Positions 1 to 12,875 of a DNA stretch of 64,000 bases are shown piece by piece. The stretch's first letter is position 1, and every line of letters begins with the position of its first letter. This stretch comes from Rhizodiscina lignyota. Lineage: Eukaryota. The notes below the pieces were generated by a model, which was not told the DNA's origin, ran no database searches, and worked only from the letters and a program-made list of their open reading frames with translations. The translations under genes and the position numbers were made by a program. The DNA is taken from positions 744,001 through 808,000 of the forward strand of contig ML978125.1 in assembly GCA_010015805.1 (NCBI GenBank), written 5' to 3'.

Positions 1-248
1 AATTAGAGAAGTCTTTCAAAAAGACAGAGTGATTGGTATGCCGAGGGAAAGGAGGATGCAGAGTGGTATGGAAATTGGCCACGATTTAAGCTCTCTTGTA
101 ACCGATCGTCATAGACTTGGCCCGTGCTCTGCTCTATATCGGAGCTGCAGCCTGCAGAAAGCTCCAGAACATGCAATCGCATTTCACCCCACATACGAAA
201 TTCTCAAATGGGATTTTTCGTCAGTGCCATCACAGTGAGCGATGTACG

Positions 249-1460
249 ATGACTTCATCTGAAGATTCGGCATCGACTTCAGTCTCCGAGGAAGAGCGAC
301 TGGAGCTCTCTCTGAAAAATAGGCTTCGTAGGTTCGAAACGCTCATATACAGCAATATCACGCGTTAATTTACCACCGGACGCGTTTATAACAGGCAACT
401 TGGCTGACATTTCTCGATATGAAATGGAAGATATTTTGGGAGAGGGCAGTAAGTCGCGTTCAATTCATCCTTCTTACCACATGGCTAACTAGGACTCTAA
501 GCATACGGAGCAGTCTTTCGCGCTGTATCTCACGAGAGTAGAACAGTCGTCGCCTTGAAACAGATGCGTATCGCAGAAGCTCCACAGCAAGATGATACGA
601 GCACAGCTCTTCGGGAACTCTCGATCCTCCGGACCATGAAACACGAGAACATAGTTAAAGTCACTGAGGTTGCTGCAAGTCCCAAAGAGCCAGAAGATAT
701 TTACATGGTTATGGAATACTGCGAGAAGGACTTGGCTAGTCTCGTTGACGATGACGGAGTCTCATTTGATCTAGGGCAGGTCAAATGTATTGCACGCCAG
801 CTCCTCCAGGGCATCGAATATCTGCATAGCAACAATATCATTCATCGAGATATCACCATGCAAAACCTCCTGCTTACAGCTGACGGTACGCTGAAAATTG
901 GTGATTTTGGAACGGCTTGCGAGTTTTCGGGACGGCCGATGACGCCTAGACCAACGACGATTTGGTATCGAGCACCAGAACTGCTACTTTATACGGAGAA
1001 TTACGATCCATCAGTCGATACTTGGTCCGCCGGGCTCGTGATCGGAGAGATAATACTTGGGAGATCAGTTGTCGAAGGCGAATCAGACCTGGATCTCTTG
1101 ATAGAATGCGTCAAACTGTTGGGTACTCCTTCGTTGGATGATCTTGACGCATTAGAGCACATGGGGTGTCCGGAATTACGTCGCTGGAAGGACAGTTATC
1201 TCGCAAAAGGACAGCAAGATGACACGGAACGTCGACTCACAGAGAAGTCCAGTGACCTTACAGTGAAGTTCTTGCAGTGTTGCTGGCGCTGGAACCCGAG
1301 CTCCCGATTAACGGCTGCTGAGGCATTGGGGGAGGGCAGAGGCAGATCTGCTGAGCTTGCACAGGCATGGTGGAATGAGAGCCCACTGTCTGCGGATAAA
1401 ACGATGCTCTTGAACATCCCAGAACCCGCAACAGGATTCCGCTCTGCTGGATACCTCTAA
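249..1460 (+). CDS. CMGC/CDK protein kinase, CDK10/CDK11-like (3 exons)
   Basis: Splicing introns ~328-394 and 449-501 gives GEGTYGAV..VALKQ. The protein then shows STALRE (PITSLRE-like), HRDITMQN, DFG and TIWYRAPELL motifs. Confidence 0.85.
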
Positions 1461-2619
1461 CGGAATATGGATATCGCAGGAAAGTTGAAGAAACGCATCC
1501 AAAAAAAACAAAAAACCGCCCTGACGTCAACTTGCCGTCGCCTCTTAGCCAGCCCTCACCAGATATGGGACATTGAAGCTTGAGTTCCATGGTTGGCATG
1601 TTCCCGCCCCAATCACGAATCTCTGGCTGACATGAGTGCTTTCAACTTGGGGATCAGATCGGCAGGACGCATATACAGGCTTCTTAGAGTCAAGCGCCGA
1701 CGCATATAAGAATGATTACGGCCGGTATCTTTATTGGGTATAAGGTAGATGCCAGATGAAATCATTCTTAAGGCCTGGCTAGGGTGCTGGATCAATGTCC
1801 TAAGTAGGTAAAATGCGAAATTTAGAAGTTCACAAAGTATCGCACGTATGAATCTGCTTCAAGTGCAATCTGTATATGTATTGGCAGGCCAATCAAGACC
1901 TGCAGCTTCAAACAAGTTTCAAGAGCCTCAACGACTGCAGGGGGCCGCGTTCAAGATGGGCTTCGAAACGGGCCGAGAGCAGGCACAGAAGCTTAAAGCT
2001 TTGCCGCTGGCTGTGCCTTCCCCATGCTGACGCTCGGCTCCACTCAACGCTCTTCTGTGCTTCAGCAATCGCTGTACGCCGGGATGTCGCAGTGCACCGC
2101 GTACAGATGAAAATGACTGGCTCAAAACGCAGACATCGGGCATGGTGCGGCCGCAGGATCGGCAAGACTTACATTCAGACGCCATGCTCCTGCATCTTAG
2201 CGTGAAACAATGCACGATGATTCACCAGCGGTGTACTGCCTGTGGGGAAGATCGAAACATGTATCCATCTATTCGGCGGGTACGAGATGGAAAATGGGGC
2301 ATGCACTTATCCTCCTGAGCAAGCGTTCGGCACCTTTGGGAGCTGGAGTCCGAAATGATATGTAAGTGACAGCTTGCATGCTTTTCACCCAGTCTCTACC
2401 CCGCTGGGTTTGGAAACAATTCCACATTCTCAGATGATCACATATCTTGCTGGTGTCCCTCTCTCAAGAATCCGTTTTTACACAGGCAAGGAAATCCGGT
2501 GGCTGGCAACACGGGGAGAATAGGGCTTTTGCACACATTCACTCTTTGATCCTGCATTCCATTCTATCAACCTCTTGCGGAAGCTCCTCCACAATTCGGA
2601 CTTGTTCGATCTCTTCAAA

Positions 2620-4455
2620 ATGAATCCTCTCACCTTTGCCCTGGGCGCTTTATGCCTCCTTTTGGCGCCAGTGGAGGCATCGTTTGAAGTCATGGAATCA
2701 CTAAGGACAGTCCCTGATGCCTGGCACCAAGTCGGAGAACCCAGCTCAAGTAGGAGGCTTTTCTTGCGCATTGCGATGCAACAGCCAAATCCAGGTCTAT
2801 TTCAGCAGACAATCTATGAGGTCTCTGATCCGTCACACGCGAGATATGGACAACACCTCACCAGAGACGAGCTGAAGGCACTTACCAAACCAAACCAAGA
2901 GGCATCCGACGCTGTAATTGCCTGGTTGAAGGATTCAGGCATCCCGGAAATGGATATCGAGGACGATGGAGACTGGATCAACTTCGTGGCAAACGTATCT
3001 AAAGCAGAAGGGATGCTAGATACGCAATTCCATATCTACCAGAGCTCGATACGACCAATAGAGAAGATTCGCACGCTACAGTACTCGGTCCCGAGTGACC
3101 TGCACCAATACATTGACATGATCCAGCCGACAACGAGGTTTGGCCAGATCAGAGCTCAAGTGAGCCATATCATCGACAAGAAGATCATTGGTGAGGCTGG
3201 CAAAGTAACGGCCGTGAACGTTACCTGCAATAAAACGATTACACCATCCTGCCTCCGAGAGCTTTACAATATCGACTTCACACCGGATCGGACTACAGCA
3301 GGATTCATCGGGATCAATGGCTTCCTGAACCAGTATGCCAGGTACGCGGACTTGAAGAAATTCGCGCCGGAGTATGCTCCATGGGTCAAGAATGCGTCAT
3401 TCGACTGGACATCTGTCAACGGTGGCATTCTCAATCAGACGTCTACCGATGATGCCGGCGAGGCGGACCTCGACATTGAGTACACCACGTCACTTACCTA
3501 CCCCATGCGCAACAACTTCTATAGCACTGCTGGTCTGGGGGAACTCGTGCCGGATCTGGACCAGCCGAAGCTCGACCAGAACGAGCCATATCTGGAGTTT
3601 TTCACGTACCTTACGAATCTGCCTGATGAACAGCTCCCCCACACTTTATCAACGTCATATGGCGAGGATGAGCAGAGCGTTCCAGCAAACTACAGCAAGA
3701 AAGTCTGCGACATGATTGGCGGCCTTGGTGCTCGTGGCGTCAGCATCATCTTCTCCAGCGGCGACACAGGCGTAGGAAGCGCGTGCCAGACGAACGATGG
3801 CAAAAACACGACGCGTTTCAATCCCATCTTCCCAGCCGCATGTCCCTACGTTACAAGTGTCGGCGGAACTACTGAAATTAATCCTGAGCGTGCAGTGGAT
3901 TTCTCGGGGGGTGGCTTCAGTGATCGATTCCCTATCCCAGACTATCAAGCTGCCGCTGTGAAGAAGTACTTGGGCATCTTGGGTACGAAATGGAATGGGC
4001 TGTACAACCCTCAAGGTCGTGGTTTCCCGGACCTTGCGGCGCAGTCGATTGCATTTCGAATCATCACCCAAGGACTCGACGAAGAAACTAGTGGCACTTC
4101 AGCATCGACTCCGACAGTGGCTGGTATTGTCGCTCTTCTGAATGCTGCACGCAAAGAGAAGGGTATGCCGACTCTTGGCTTCCTGAATCCGTGGCTGTAC
4201 AGCACTGGCGTGTCTGGACTGAACGACATCGTTGACGGAGGCAGTACTGGATGTACGGGTATTGATCATTTCACTGGGGGGCCGACACCGAAGGTACCGT
4301 TCGCCAGCTGGAATGCAACTGAAGGCTGGGATCCAGTTACGGGATTGGGAACCCCAGATTTCGCGAAGCTACTCAGTTTGTCGATGAGCAATGGTTCCTC
4401 GACTAGTTCGAAGAGCCTGTACTCGTCGCGCTCGATGAGGTGGAGAGAGAGGTAG
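2620..4455 (+). CDS. Secreted tripeptidyl peptidase / sedolisin (peptidase S53)
   Basis: Intronless. Signal peptide MNPLTFALGALCLLLAPVEA, pro-domain, catalytic EADLD, SSGD and GTSAS motifs, and C-terminal GWDPVTGLGTP Ca-binding motif. Confidence 0.95.
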   Translation: MNPLTFALGALCLLLAPVEASFEVMESLRTVPDAWHQVGEPSSSRRLFLRIAMQQPNPGLFQQTIYEVSDPSHARYGQHLTRDELKALTKPNQEASDAVIAWLKDSGIPEMDIEDDGDWINFVANVSKAEGMLDTQFHIYQSSIRPIEKIRTLQYSVPSDLHQYIDMIQPTTRFGQIRAQVSHIIDKKIIGEAGKVTAVNVTCNKTITPSCLRELYNIDFTPDRTTAGFIGINGFLNQYARYADLKKFAPEYAPWVKNASFDWTSVNGGILNQTSTDDAGEADLDIEYTTSLTYPMRNNFYSTAGLGELVPDLDQPKLDQNEPYLEFFTYLTNLPDEQLPHTLSTSYGEDEQSVPANYSKKVCDMIGGLGARGVSIIFSSGDTGVGSACQTNDGKNTTRFNPIFPAACPYVTSVGGTTEINPERAVDFSGGGFSDRFPIPDYQAAAVKKYLGILGTKWNGLYNPQGRGFPDLAAQSIAFRIITQGLDEETSGTSASTPTVAGIVALLNAARKEKGMPTLGFLNPWLYSTGVSGLNDIVDGGSTGCTGIDHFTGGPTPKVPFASWNATEGWDPVTGLGTPDFAKLLSLSMSNGSSTSSKSLYSSRSMRWRER

Positions 4456-5569
4456 GAACGCATTCACATGCAGTAGAGATAGGTTCCCAGTTACGGTCTA
4501 GTAACTCTTGAAGGATTGCTTTAAAGGTTCCGATTGAAAGGTTCCTAGCGTGCCACGAGCGCGGAAGACATGTATATCAAGTACATGCATGTAGCTTTCG
4601 TCTAAAGTTACATGATAATGATTTAATGCCATGAAGACACTTACATACCTAACATTTCGTGATTCGTAGAGTAGGAATTTCAACAAACTGAAATGCTTCT
4701 GTTACGCACATGCTGTCCTGTATTCAACACCTCTCTAGCCTCATTAAACCGTTATTAAGCAAAGAGTTGCGCACGGGCAGGTCTCATATGTAAATAACCG
4801 TAATTTTTAACTTTCGATGCAGCACTCTGATTCGTCGCGCAAGTGCCGGTTCCTGCGCAGTCCGAAATAAACTGGAATATTTACGACCAACCCCCCGGCT
4901 TTCCCTTCACTTTCCTCTTCAAGGATAGACCTTGCATTATCACGACTCAAGCTTAATCTCTCGTCGGCCGCCGCCTTCATCTATACAGCTTCCTTCCAGG
5001 GCTTACTCTCGCGCGCTCTGCACGCTGCCGCCGTACAGAGTGCATGGACTCGCGCGAATCGTCCAATTGAGCCGGACAAATGACCAAAGAGTTGTCAAGA
5101 TGACGGTGGTATCGTTCGACAATCCGGATCTGTTCATGGACAATCTACGCGACCGGTTCATGCAAGGAAGGTGGATATGTTCACCTCGACCATCATCCAT
5201 GGAGATCACGATGGATAGGTGGAGACGGCCGTCCTTCCTCCTCCGTGTCCACCATGCAGAAGCGACGCAATTGATCGTTTCGCTCCCACGGACCACGCGC
5301 TCTATGCTGCCCTTATCGTTCTGCTGCGAATGCGAAATGACGCGTTTGGGAGATATGAGCAGCCGCGCTAAAGGAGTTTGCGATCTCTACCAGCTCTGCT
5401 AGGCACTTGCCACTTTGGTATAGGTAGATCCAGCATTCCTTGTGTGGGGAGCTTGGAGGAGCTCAAAAAGTTTTTGGAATATCCATTCGTTTCCTTTAAA
5501 GCCGCTCGTGTCCCTCTCATTTCCTCGTTTACCTTCGTTTATGGATTCAATTGTCGCCGTTGAGACGCA

Positions 5570-7399
5570 ATGAAGCTATCCTTGACACTCTCGTTGTTCG
5601 CGCTCACGAGCATTGCAGCTGCTCGGAGTCCGCAGCATGTAGGGAAGAGGAATCTTCCAGCATACGAGAATCGTGTCCGTAGAAGTTTCCATTCGCCATT
5701 GGAAGAGCAAAAGAAGGCCAAGCGGCAATCGAGTTTGATTCCACAGACGACTAATACCACCAGTAAGCTACATCACGGAATTGCTGGAATTGCTGATTAC
5801 TGACATTATCCAGAATTCGCTGTCGATGGCACGGCCATTCCGGACGTAGACTTTGACATAGGCGAGTCGTACGCTGGACTGCTTCCAATTTCAAGCGCGG
5901 CGAACGCGAGCGAGTTGTACTTTTGGTTCTTTCCGACAGACAACCCAGACGGCAAGGATGATCTGACAATCTGGCTCAACGTGAGAGGCCCAGAACAACG
6001 TATTTCAAGGCACTTATTGACCTGCTGTTAGGGTGGACCTGGCTGTTCTTCTCTCGAAGGCCTTTTGCAAGAGAATGGACCGTTCATCTGGCAATACGGC
6101 ACTTTCAAGCCAGTCAAGAATCCATACACATGGGTTAACCTCACCAACATGGTGTGGGTCGAACAGCCCGTGGGTACCGGCTTTTCGCAAGGCACTACAA
6201 GAGAGACGAATGAAGAGGAGGTTGCGGAGCACTTCCTTGGCTTCTTCAAGAACTTCGTCGACACATTCGGCCTGCACGGCAAGACGATCCATATTTCGGG
6301 CGAGTCGTACGCTGGTTACTATGTGCCTTATATTGCGGATGCCATGATCAACGCGAAGGACACGACCTACTTCGACATCCACTCTATCATGATTCACGAT
6401 CCCTCAACTAGTTACAATGCTGTACAGGAGCAGAGTGAGTCACTTCTCCATTTCCGCGCGGATTGGTGTTAATGCTATGCAGTCCCCGTTGTTCCCCTCG
6501 TAGATGCCAACAAGAACCTCTTCAATCTGAACGCCACGACATTGGACTATATCCACTCCAAGCACGAGTCCTGCGGTTATGCAGCGTTCCTCGACGAATG
6601 GCTCCAATTCCCTCCACCGGGTGTCATGCCCCATCCTCCAGGTCCAACGGAAAACGACACCTCTTGCGATCTCTGGGATTATATCTTGAACGCCGCCTTA
6701 GAGACCAACCCGTGCTTCGACATCTACCAGATCGCGACAACCTGTCCGGTCCTCTGGGACGTCCTGGGCTTCCCCGGCAGCTTCGACTACCTGCCCGCTG
6801 GTGCGCAGATCTACTTCAACCGCAGCGACGTGCAGAAGGCGATCAACGCTCCGGCGATGGAATGGGAAGAGTGCACGAACGGCGTTCTCGACACCGACAC
6901 GAGCTTGCAGTCCGGCCTGTCTGTGCTGCCGCATGTGATTGAGAACTTAGATCGCACAATCATCGCACACGGCAACTTGGATTATATTCTCATTGCCAAC
7001 GGGACGCTGCTCATGATCCAGAATATGACGTTCAATGGCGCCCAGGGCTTCTCATCTGTGCCCAGTGATCCGTTCTTTGTGCCGTATCATTCTGAGCTGA
7101 GCGATGGTACACTGGCGGCGGCGGGCGTGATGGGTACCACACATACGGAGAGAGGACTAACGTGGGTAGAGGTAGCGCTGTCGGGACATATGATACCGCA
7201 GTATCAGCCGTCTGCATCATACAGGACGGTGGAGTATATGCTGGGTAGGATCGACAGCCTAACAGAGGTTTCAGACTTCACGACGCAGACGGGCGACTTT
7301 GGCAATGATGCGTCTTTGTTGTTAGGAAATGGCGGTATAGGATCGGACTTCGGTGGCAATAAGACGAAGAGGATGAACAGGAGAGGGCATTTCTACTGA
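5570..7399 (+). CDS. Secreted serine carboxypeptidase (peptidase S10, CpdS/PepF-like; 4 exons)
   Basis: Signal peptide plus KR-containing propeptide. Introns 5763-5812, 5981-6031 and 6435-6482. Motifs [25 protein letters not shown] (Ser), HGNLD (Asp) and SGHMIP (His). Confidence 0.93.
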
Positions 7400-7496
7400 A
7401 GAGTAGCTGAGATAACTCACGATCAATGAAATTCATGTACTCTTAAAGAGTATTTGCATCGTTGAGTATTTACATTGGGCTCACTAGCTCATGAGT

Positions 7497-8614
7497 TTAA
7501 AGCCCTGATACATCCAGGCCTGCCCCGCAATTACATATGCCGTTGAAATACCACAAGTGGCTTGCAATGTCGGTGAAAATCTGTGCTGTATTACCAAGGA
7601 TGTTGTTGACCCCCTGGAGCATCTGCACATTGCTTGCTGATACGGGTAACAGGTTTCCAGTGTTGATGTAGTACTCTGGCCCTACGTGCTGGAATCCCAT
7701 TGCAGACAGTGGCAAATGTGGAACAGGATCATTCGTGTGCGTCACACGGTAGTTTCCGCCAGCTTGGGCGGTGACGAAGTTGGCAAAGGCCGGATTCCCC
7801 ACGCGTGGCGAGCCGTATGTATACTGCACCACGTGAGAAAATATTACTGTTATGAAGTGAGGATGGCATACCAGAGCGACGTTGTATCCCGCTTTGCGGA
7901 GTTCGGCAGCGCAGAGCGTCGCTATTGCAGCTCCAAGGCTGTGCCCCGTAACGACCAGTGAGCATTTGTTAGCATCTGCTGCGGATTTCGCAGCAGCTAA
8001 AATGTTGGATCTGATTTCATTCCAGGATTGCAAAAATCCACGATGGACTTTGCAGCCGGTGCAGATATCCGTGTTGTCGAGTGGGAAATTCACGTCGGTA
8101 ACGAAATTTGCTAAAGAGCGGCTGCCTCGGAAGGAGACAACGGTGACCTTGTTTGTCTCGTCGTAGGCTACGAAGCCTGTTGTGTCTGTGTCCGGGGTAC
8201 TGTGTCGTACGATTAGTAAAGTCACATTCCAACAATGATCACGGGGCTTCTCCGGCTGGGGCGAAGTTAGCCATTCGCGAATTGAGGACTCACTTTTCGA
8301 ACTCGTCCGTCGACATAGCCTTCGCAGATTGCACCAGTGGACAGTTCTTTGCCGGGCAAGTGATCTGTGTGTTGGATGCATCGTTGTTGTTCGGACAATA
8401 CGCAGCGGCCGAATATTGCTCGTAGAGATTGAGGCTATTGAACATCGACGCCGCGACGGCTAATAAGAATATTTAGTCAGTCGATGTCTTTGGGGGGCAT
8501 TACAAGCGGAAAATGGAGCATTAGCCTACATCGCACTTCTATGGTCGCCGCGTAAACAGCTGGGAATGAAGTAGAAAGTAATGAGAGAAGGACAAACTTA
8601 GGGAAGGACAGCAT
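7497..8614 (-). CDS. Secreted class 3 lipase (mono/diacylglycerol lipase-like; multi-exon)
   Basis: Signal peptide MLSFPKFVLLSLL at 8614. Motifs VSFRGS, VHRGF, VTGHSLGAA, YTYGSPRVGN, HTNDPVP and HLWYF. Intron 7824-7871 plus upstream introns. Confidence 0.92.
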
Positions 8615-9447
8615 CTTGACGGTGATGGAGAGAACGACGCGAGTAACGCAGAGGACGATGTAGAGAAAACTCAGGTAAATAAACGAAAGGCAGCACGGAG
8701 CAAGGACCCTCTCGGTGATCGAGAGACTTGAGGAGGTGTTACACGGGCACACCGGACAAGCACGATACTGTGCACTGCCTGTGCGACCCGCTTCCCCACT
8801 CCGCCATCATTCGTAGAAGGCCAAAGGGATTTGGAAGAGTTCATTGAAGCTTCTGCAACTTTCATGAGGTTACGCAGGATCGCGGGATGAAGCACGAGGT
8901 CGTGATAGACAGAAGTGCAATTGGCAGTTCTCATTGGCAGAGACATGATATGACGGGCGGTTAGGCGCTCCGCGCCGCATTCTTTAGCGACAGCAACCGC
9001 AAGGAATCTAATGGCTCGGATTGGGTCCATATGTTCAGACTCGTTTCGCACTGTTTGGCCAAGGGTCTCTGATGGTGTGTCTGGTGGACAGCACATTCGT
9101 CGGTGATGATCTTGATTTGGAGGCTATCAGGCCACAGACCCTGCAGAGAACAGAGCGGATTCACCTCGGTACCAGAAAGTCTGTGGATCAATTTAGCAGG
9201 AGATTTATCGTCCGCATTAGCTCGCATTAGCACGAGGCCATACTCCTTGGTGAGTGAAATGGGAAGCCAACGAAGATGAAAGTCGAAGCTTGGAGAGGGA
9301 AAAGGGTCCAGCTGAGGGAAAAAGCGGGTCATTGCAGGGGTTGCGAAATGTGGCGCACGTGAAAGCGCGATACCTCAATTAACGCGCTCTTACGCGTTTC
9401 CAACCCAATATTCCGCGACATCTAATTATGAACGTGTCTCTGTTGGA

Positions 9448-11099
9448 ATGGATACACCGAAATACCGTCCGGCGAAAGTCGTAGGCTTCACTCTTCGTGA
9501 CACGTCTACGGTTCTGCTAGACGACGAGCTCTGTAAATCTAACCATGTCCTCCATAATGCGGTCCTTCCACTGACGCTGTGCCAGACCCTCAAGCAATCT
9601 CCTTCCTCTCGAGCCTCCTCCATTCTGGCGGCTCCCAAAATCGGCAATGGTCTACTGAGGCATATACGCCCTGTGCACGGCAGCTTGTTCTGCTCTCTAC
9701 CATTGTGGTTCACCCACTTTTCACCAACCGAGCCTCGAACGCAGAGCGATCAGAAGCTTCGAATTCTACATTGCACCTTCTCTACGATATCACAAAAGTA
9801 GTGGGACCAGTGAATGCAGGGTTTGCCGCTGCATTCGACTTTTCGTCGCACAGGGCTTTGCGAACTCACACCAGGAAGAGAGCCGCTCCTCTCGATAGTG
9901 ATTCGGACGACAGTGACGAGCTTCGTGACCGGAACCTCGAGTCAAAATACGCCAGGTCCGAATCTGTGTGGATGCAAGCGGATGATCTCTGGCATATTGT
10001 GGGATGGTCATTCAACTGTTCAATCAAATATAAGAAAAGATGGGAGCGATGGGCCTTGTGGTTGGAGTTCATTGTCTCAGCGATCGAAGCTGATTGGAAA
10101 GAACGTGTCCATCATGCGAAAGAAACCGTCGAGTTTGGTCCTAGCGCTGCTAGAGGCCTCCTACGGGGTTCCATGATCTTTCAGTATGTGGGTGGGAATG
10201 AGGGGCGAAACCGCCAAAGGCGAATCATGCGAGCCATTCTTGCCGACGGACAACAGAAGTCATTAAACGAGTTTCCAGAAATATGGAATAACGAGACAAA
10301 AGAACGGAAAAGTAAAAAAGACCAGCTGGACAAACCATCGAAGAAGATTAACCTAGACGAAGGCGAGTTTGGCGACTACGACATTGACGATGACGAGGAT
10401 GAGTTAATGGAGGATGGTGATGAAGATGGCGAGGGTGATGTCACGATCACACCAGACTCAGAGGATTCCGAATCCAAAAAGATCCGCGCAGAAGCGCCCG
10501 ATCCATTTCAATTGGGCACTGCGAAACTCGGAGGCGTTACTGCTGTGTCTCTTCGACTTCGGCTCCTCGCATTGCTTTTGAAGCTATCTTGTGACCTTCC
10601 GCGCGATTTTACCAACAACGCAGAGGAGTTTCTTGACTTATACACGGAGTTCCTGCGGCCACTGCCTCTGCCGCATTTCTGCGCTCTCTCAACCAATCCT
10701 TATATTGACGCAGCAAATCATGTCTGTCTCTTAGTCAATCATCTTATCCCTCTTACCGCTGTATCTCCTCCGAAGGACCTGTTCAACATTACTCAGCAAG
10801 ACTTGGTTCGCGACTTCATACCTCGCGCTGCGAACGCTTACAGCAACGTTGACAACGCCAAAGTGTCTGTTGTGCTCGAATGCCTCTTCGTGAGCATGCT
10901 GGATCATTTTGGCATAGAACCTACCGAGGAATTTGGTTCAGCGGTCGAGGAGGGCATTCGGGCGAGAAAAGCCAGAGCGATCGGTGATGCGAGAAAGAAG
11001 GACAAAGGAACGTCTGGTGACGAGAAAAATGCGAGAAAGGAGCTGGACTTCAGCTCCGAAAGACTGATGACCTTACTGGAGATGATCGAGGAAGGTTAG
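9448..11099 (+). CDS. Hypothetical protein (helical, central acidic tract; 2 exons)
   Basis: Short first exon MDTPKYRP...DDEL spliced (gtaaat...ctgac...ccag) into the 506-aa ORF. No recognised catalytic motif. Confidence 0.75.
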
Positions 11100-11786
11100 T
11101 CGATATTCTCATGAATCTCTGAGCTTCGTCTAATTTTCGTTTCTCGGCATATTTTCTTTCATATTTTCTATTTCTATTACATCTCGACAGTACTATTATC
11201 GGATTTAACCTAGATTTCTGATAGATCTATAGAACGCGGAATCATGCGCAATCGAGTTGTGCACATCGAACCACCCTCCTCGCCGTTGTCCGAACTGTCT
11301 GCAACGCCGTCTGATGCCGACATAGAGGACACAGAGGATACATGACGCGGCTGCTCGCCTGGCCACTCAGGTGTCTTGACAACACCAGTCTGTGAGCAGC
11401 TCGAAATTGCATCCGAGGAAACATCTCTTGTCTGATTGAGGACATTGCGCCCCTCAGGGCTATCGTGTCTATGTGCTGTGCTCTAGAATGGCTTGCTCAT
11501 TTGCGCCCAAAGGATGGCGTATCACAGCATATCGAAGAGTCGGAGAAGAGGGGCTAGAGAGAGTGATGTTGCATGGATATGGCTTCATCTCGCGTAAGGG
11601 AATTCAGAAACCCATAGTAGCAGCGCTCCATGCTCTTTGTTCGCTAAGGGTACACAATATGTACAGAATGGGAACGGGCTACTACGCTTGCCACCTTACT
11701 CTCCACAAAGAGGAGATCTCATGGATATACTCTACAGACAGTCCTCATCTTACAAATAACTATGAGGTAACATAACATGCTCTGAA

Positions 11787-12875
11787 TCACCATAATGGAT
11801 ACTGATGCTGTGCTGACACATTTCGATCGGGGAGCTGTAACCAAGGCTTCCTCTTATCCTCTTTCTCTTTTCTTTCCTCGGACTGCCTCACACGCGTGGC
11901 CTCTTCTTTAAGAAGCACGGATATGCCTGTCAGGTGTCAGAATTGAGCTAGAAGAGTGGTCACCAGACAGAACTCACTTGTGTACGGTTTCATCAGCACG
12001 TTGACCCTTCCTCTTGCTCTGAACTCAAGTTCCGGTACATATTCTCCTCTACCGACCCATGCTTGGTCGACATAAATCTTTGTTTTGTCCGGCACCTTAT
12101 GCCGCTTTCCATCCTTAAGCTGTATCTCCGCAGGCCCACCCTCTTCCTCCTTCTGCCCCAACCCCATACCTCTTCTCACCATCGCAACATCTCTCGCATA
12201 CTCAAGATGCGCCCTCACATGCTGTGCCGCCTTTTTCTTACTGAACCGCATCTGCACCAACGCCTCGTCCACCGTCTTCCCCGCAATCTGCCGTGCCAGC
12301 GCTCCCAACTTCTTCAACGACGTCTTGAAAAACGGGCTTTTGCTCAGGCTCTCGCGCTCCGTACGCTTTAGAATTTGCACCTTCGTGAGCCGGCCTCGCC
12401 GCCGGATCTCGCGCATCACCATCTTGCGTTCCCACAGCTGGCGGCCCTCCGGATCGGGGTCGAGCGCCATGGCCATGGCGCGAGCGTTGCGGTCCTTCTG
12501 GTCTGTTTTATCGAGCTGCGAGTCGGCTTGTGCGGCGGCATCGGTGTCGAAGACGGAGCCTTTGGCAAGGTCGCCGCGTTTGGGCATGCCGAAGGCAGTG
12601 TTGTCGGTTGGTTTCTTCTTCAGGTAGGCTTCCAGGAGAGGATTACGCGGCTTCACCTCATCTTTGCCAGACGGGGGCCCAACTTGTTTCTGTTTTACTG
12701 GCGAGGACGAGAGGTTGCGATGCTGATTGAGAGGTCGGAAGGGGAGCATTCGAGGAGCTGTTGCACATCCGGAGGCCTTTGGGGCGGCTGGTACATATTA
12801 GCCACGAGTTTTACATGCTATTGAGTTTGGCATACCTGGCACTGCCAGCCGCCGTGGTATTCGTTGGAGATTCAT
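11787..12875 (-). CDS. MRPL22: Mitochondrial ribosomal protein uL22m (3 exons)
   Basis: Arg-rich presequence MNLQRIPRRLAV. uL22 core KTSLKKL..LARQIAGK..DEALVQMRFSKKK and YVDQAWVGRG..RARGR. Last exon ends QHQYPLW*. Confidence 0.92.

Noticed and set aside
4932..5402. 156-aa ORF and small hairpin (~5012-5043) between the two peptidases
   Set aside because: Non-ATG start, no recognisable motif; it lies in the probable promoter region.
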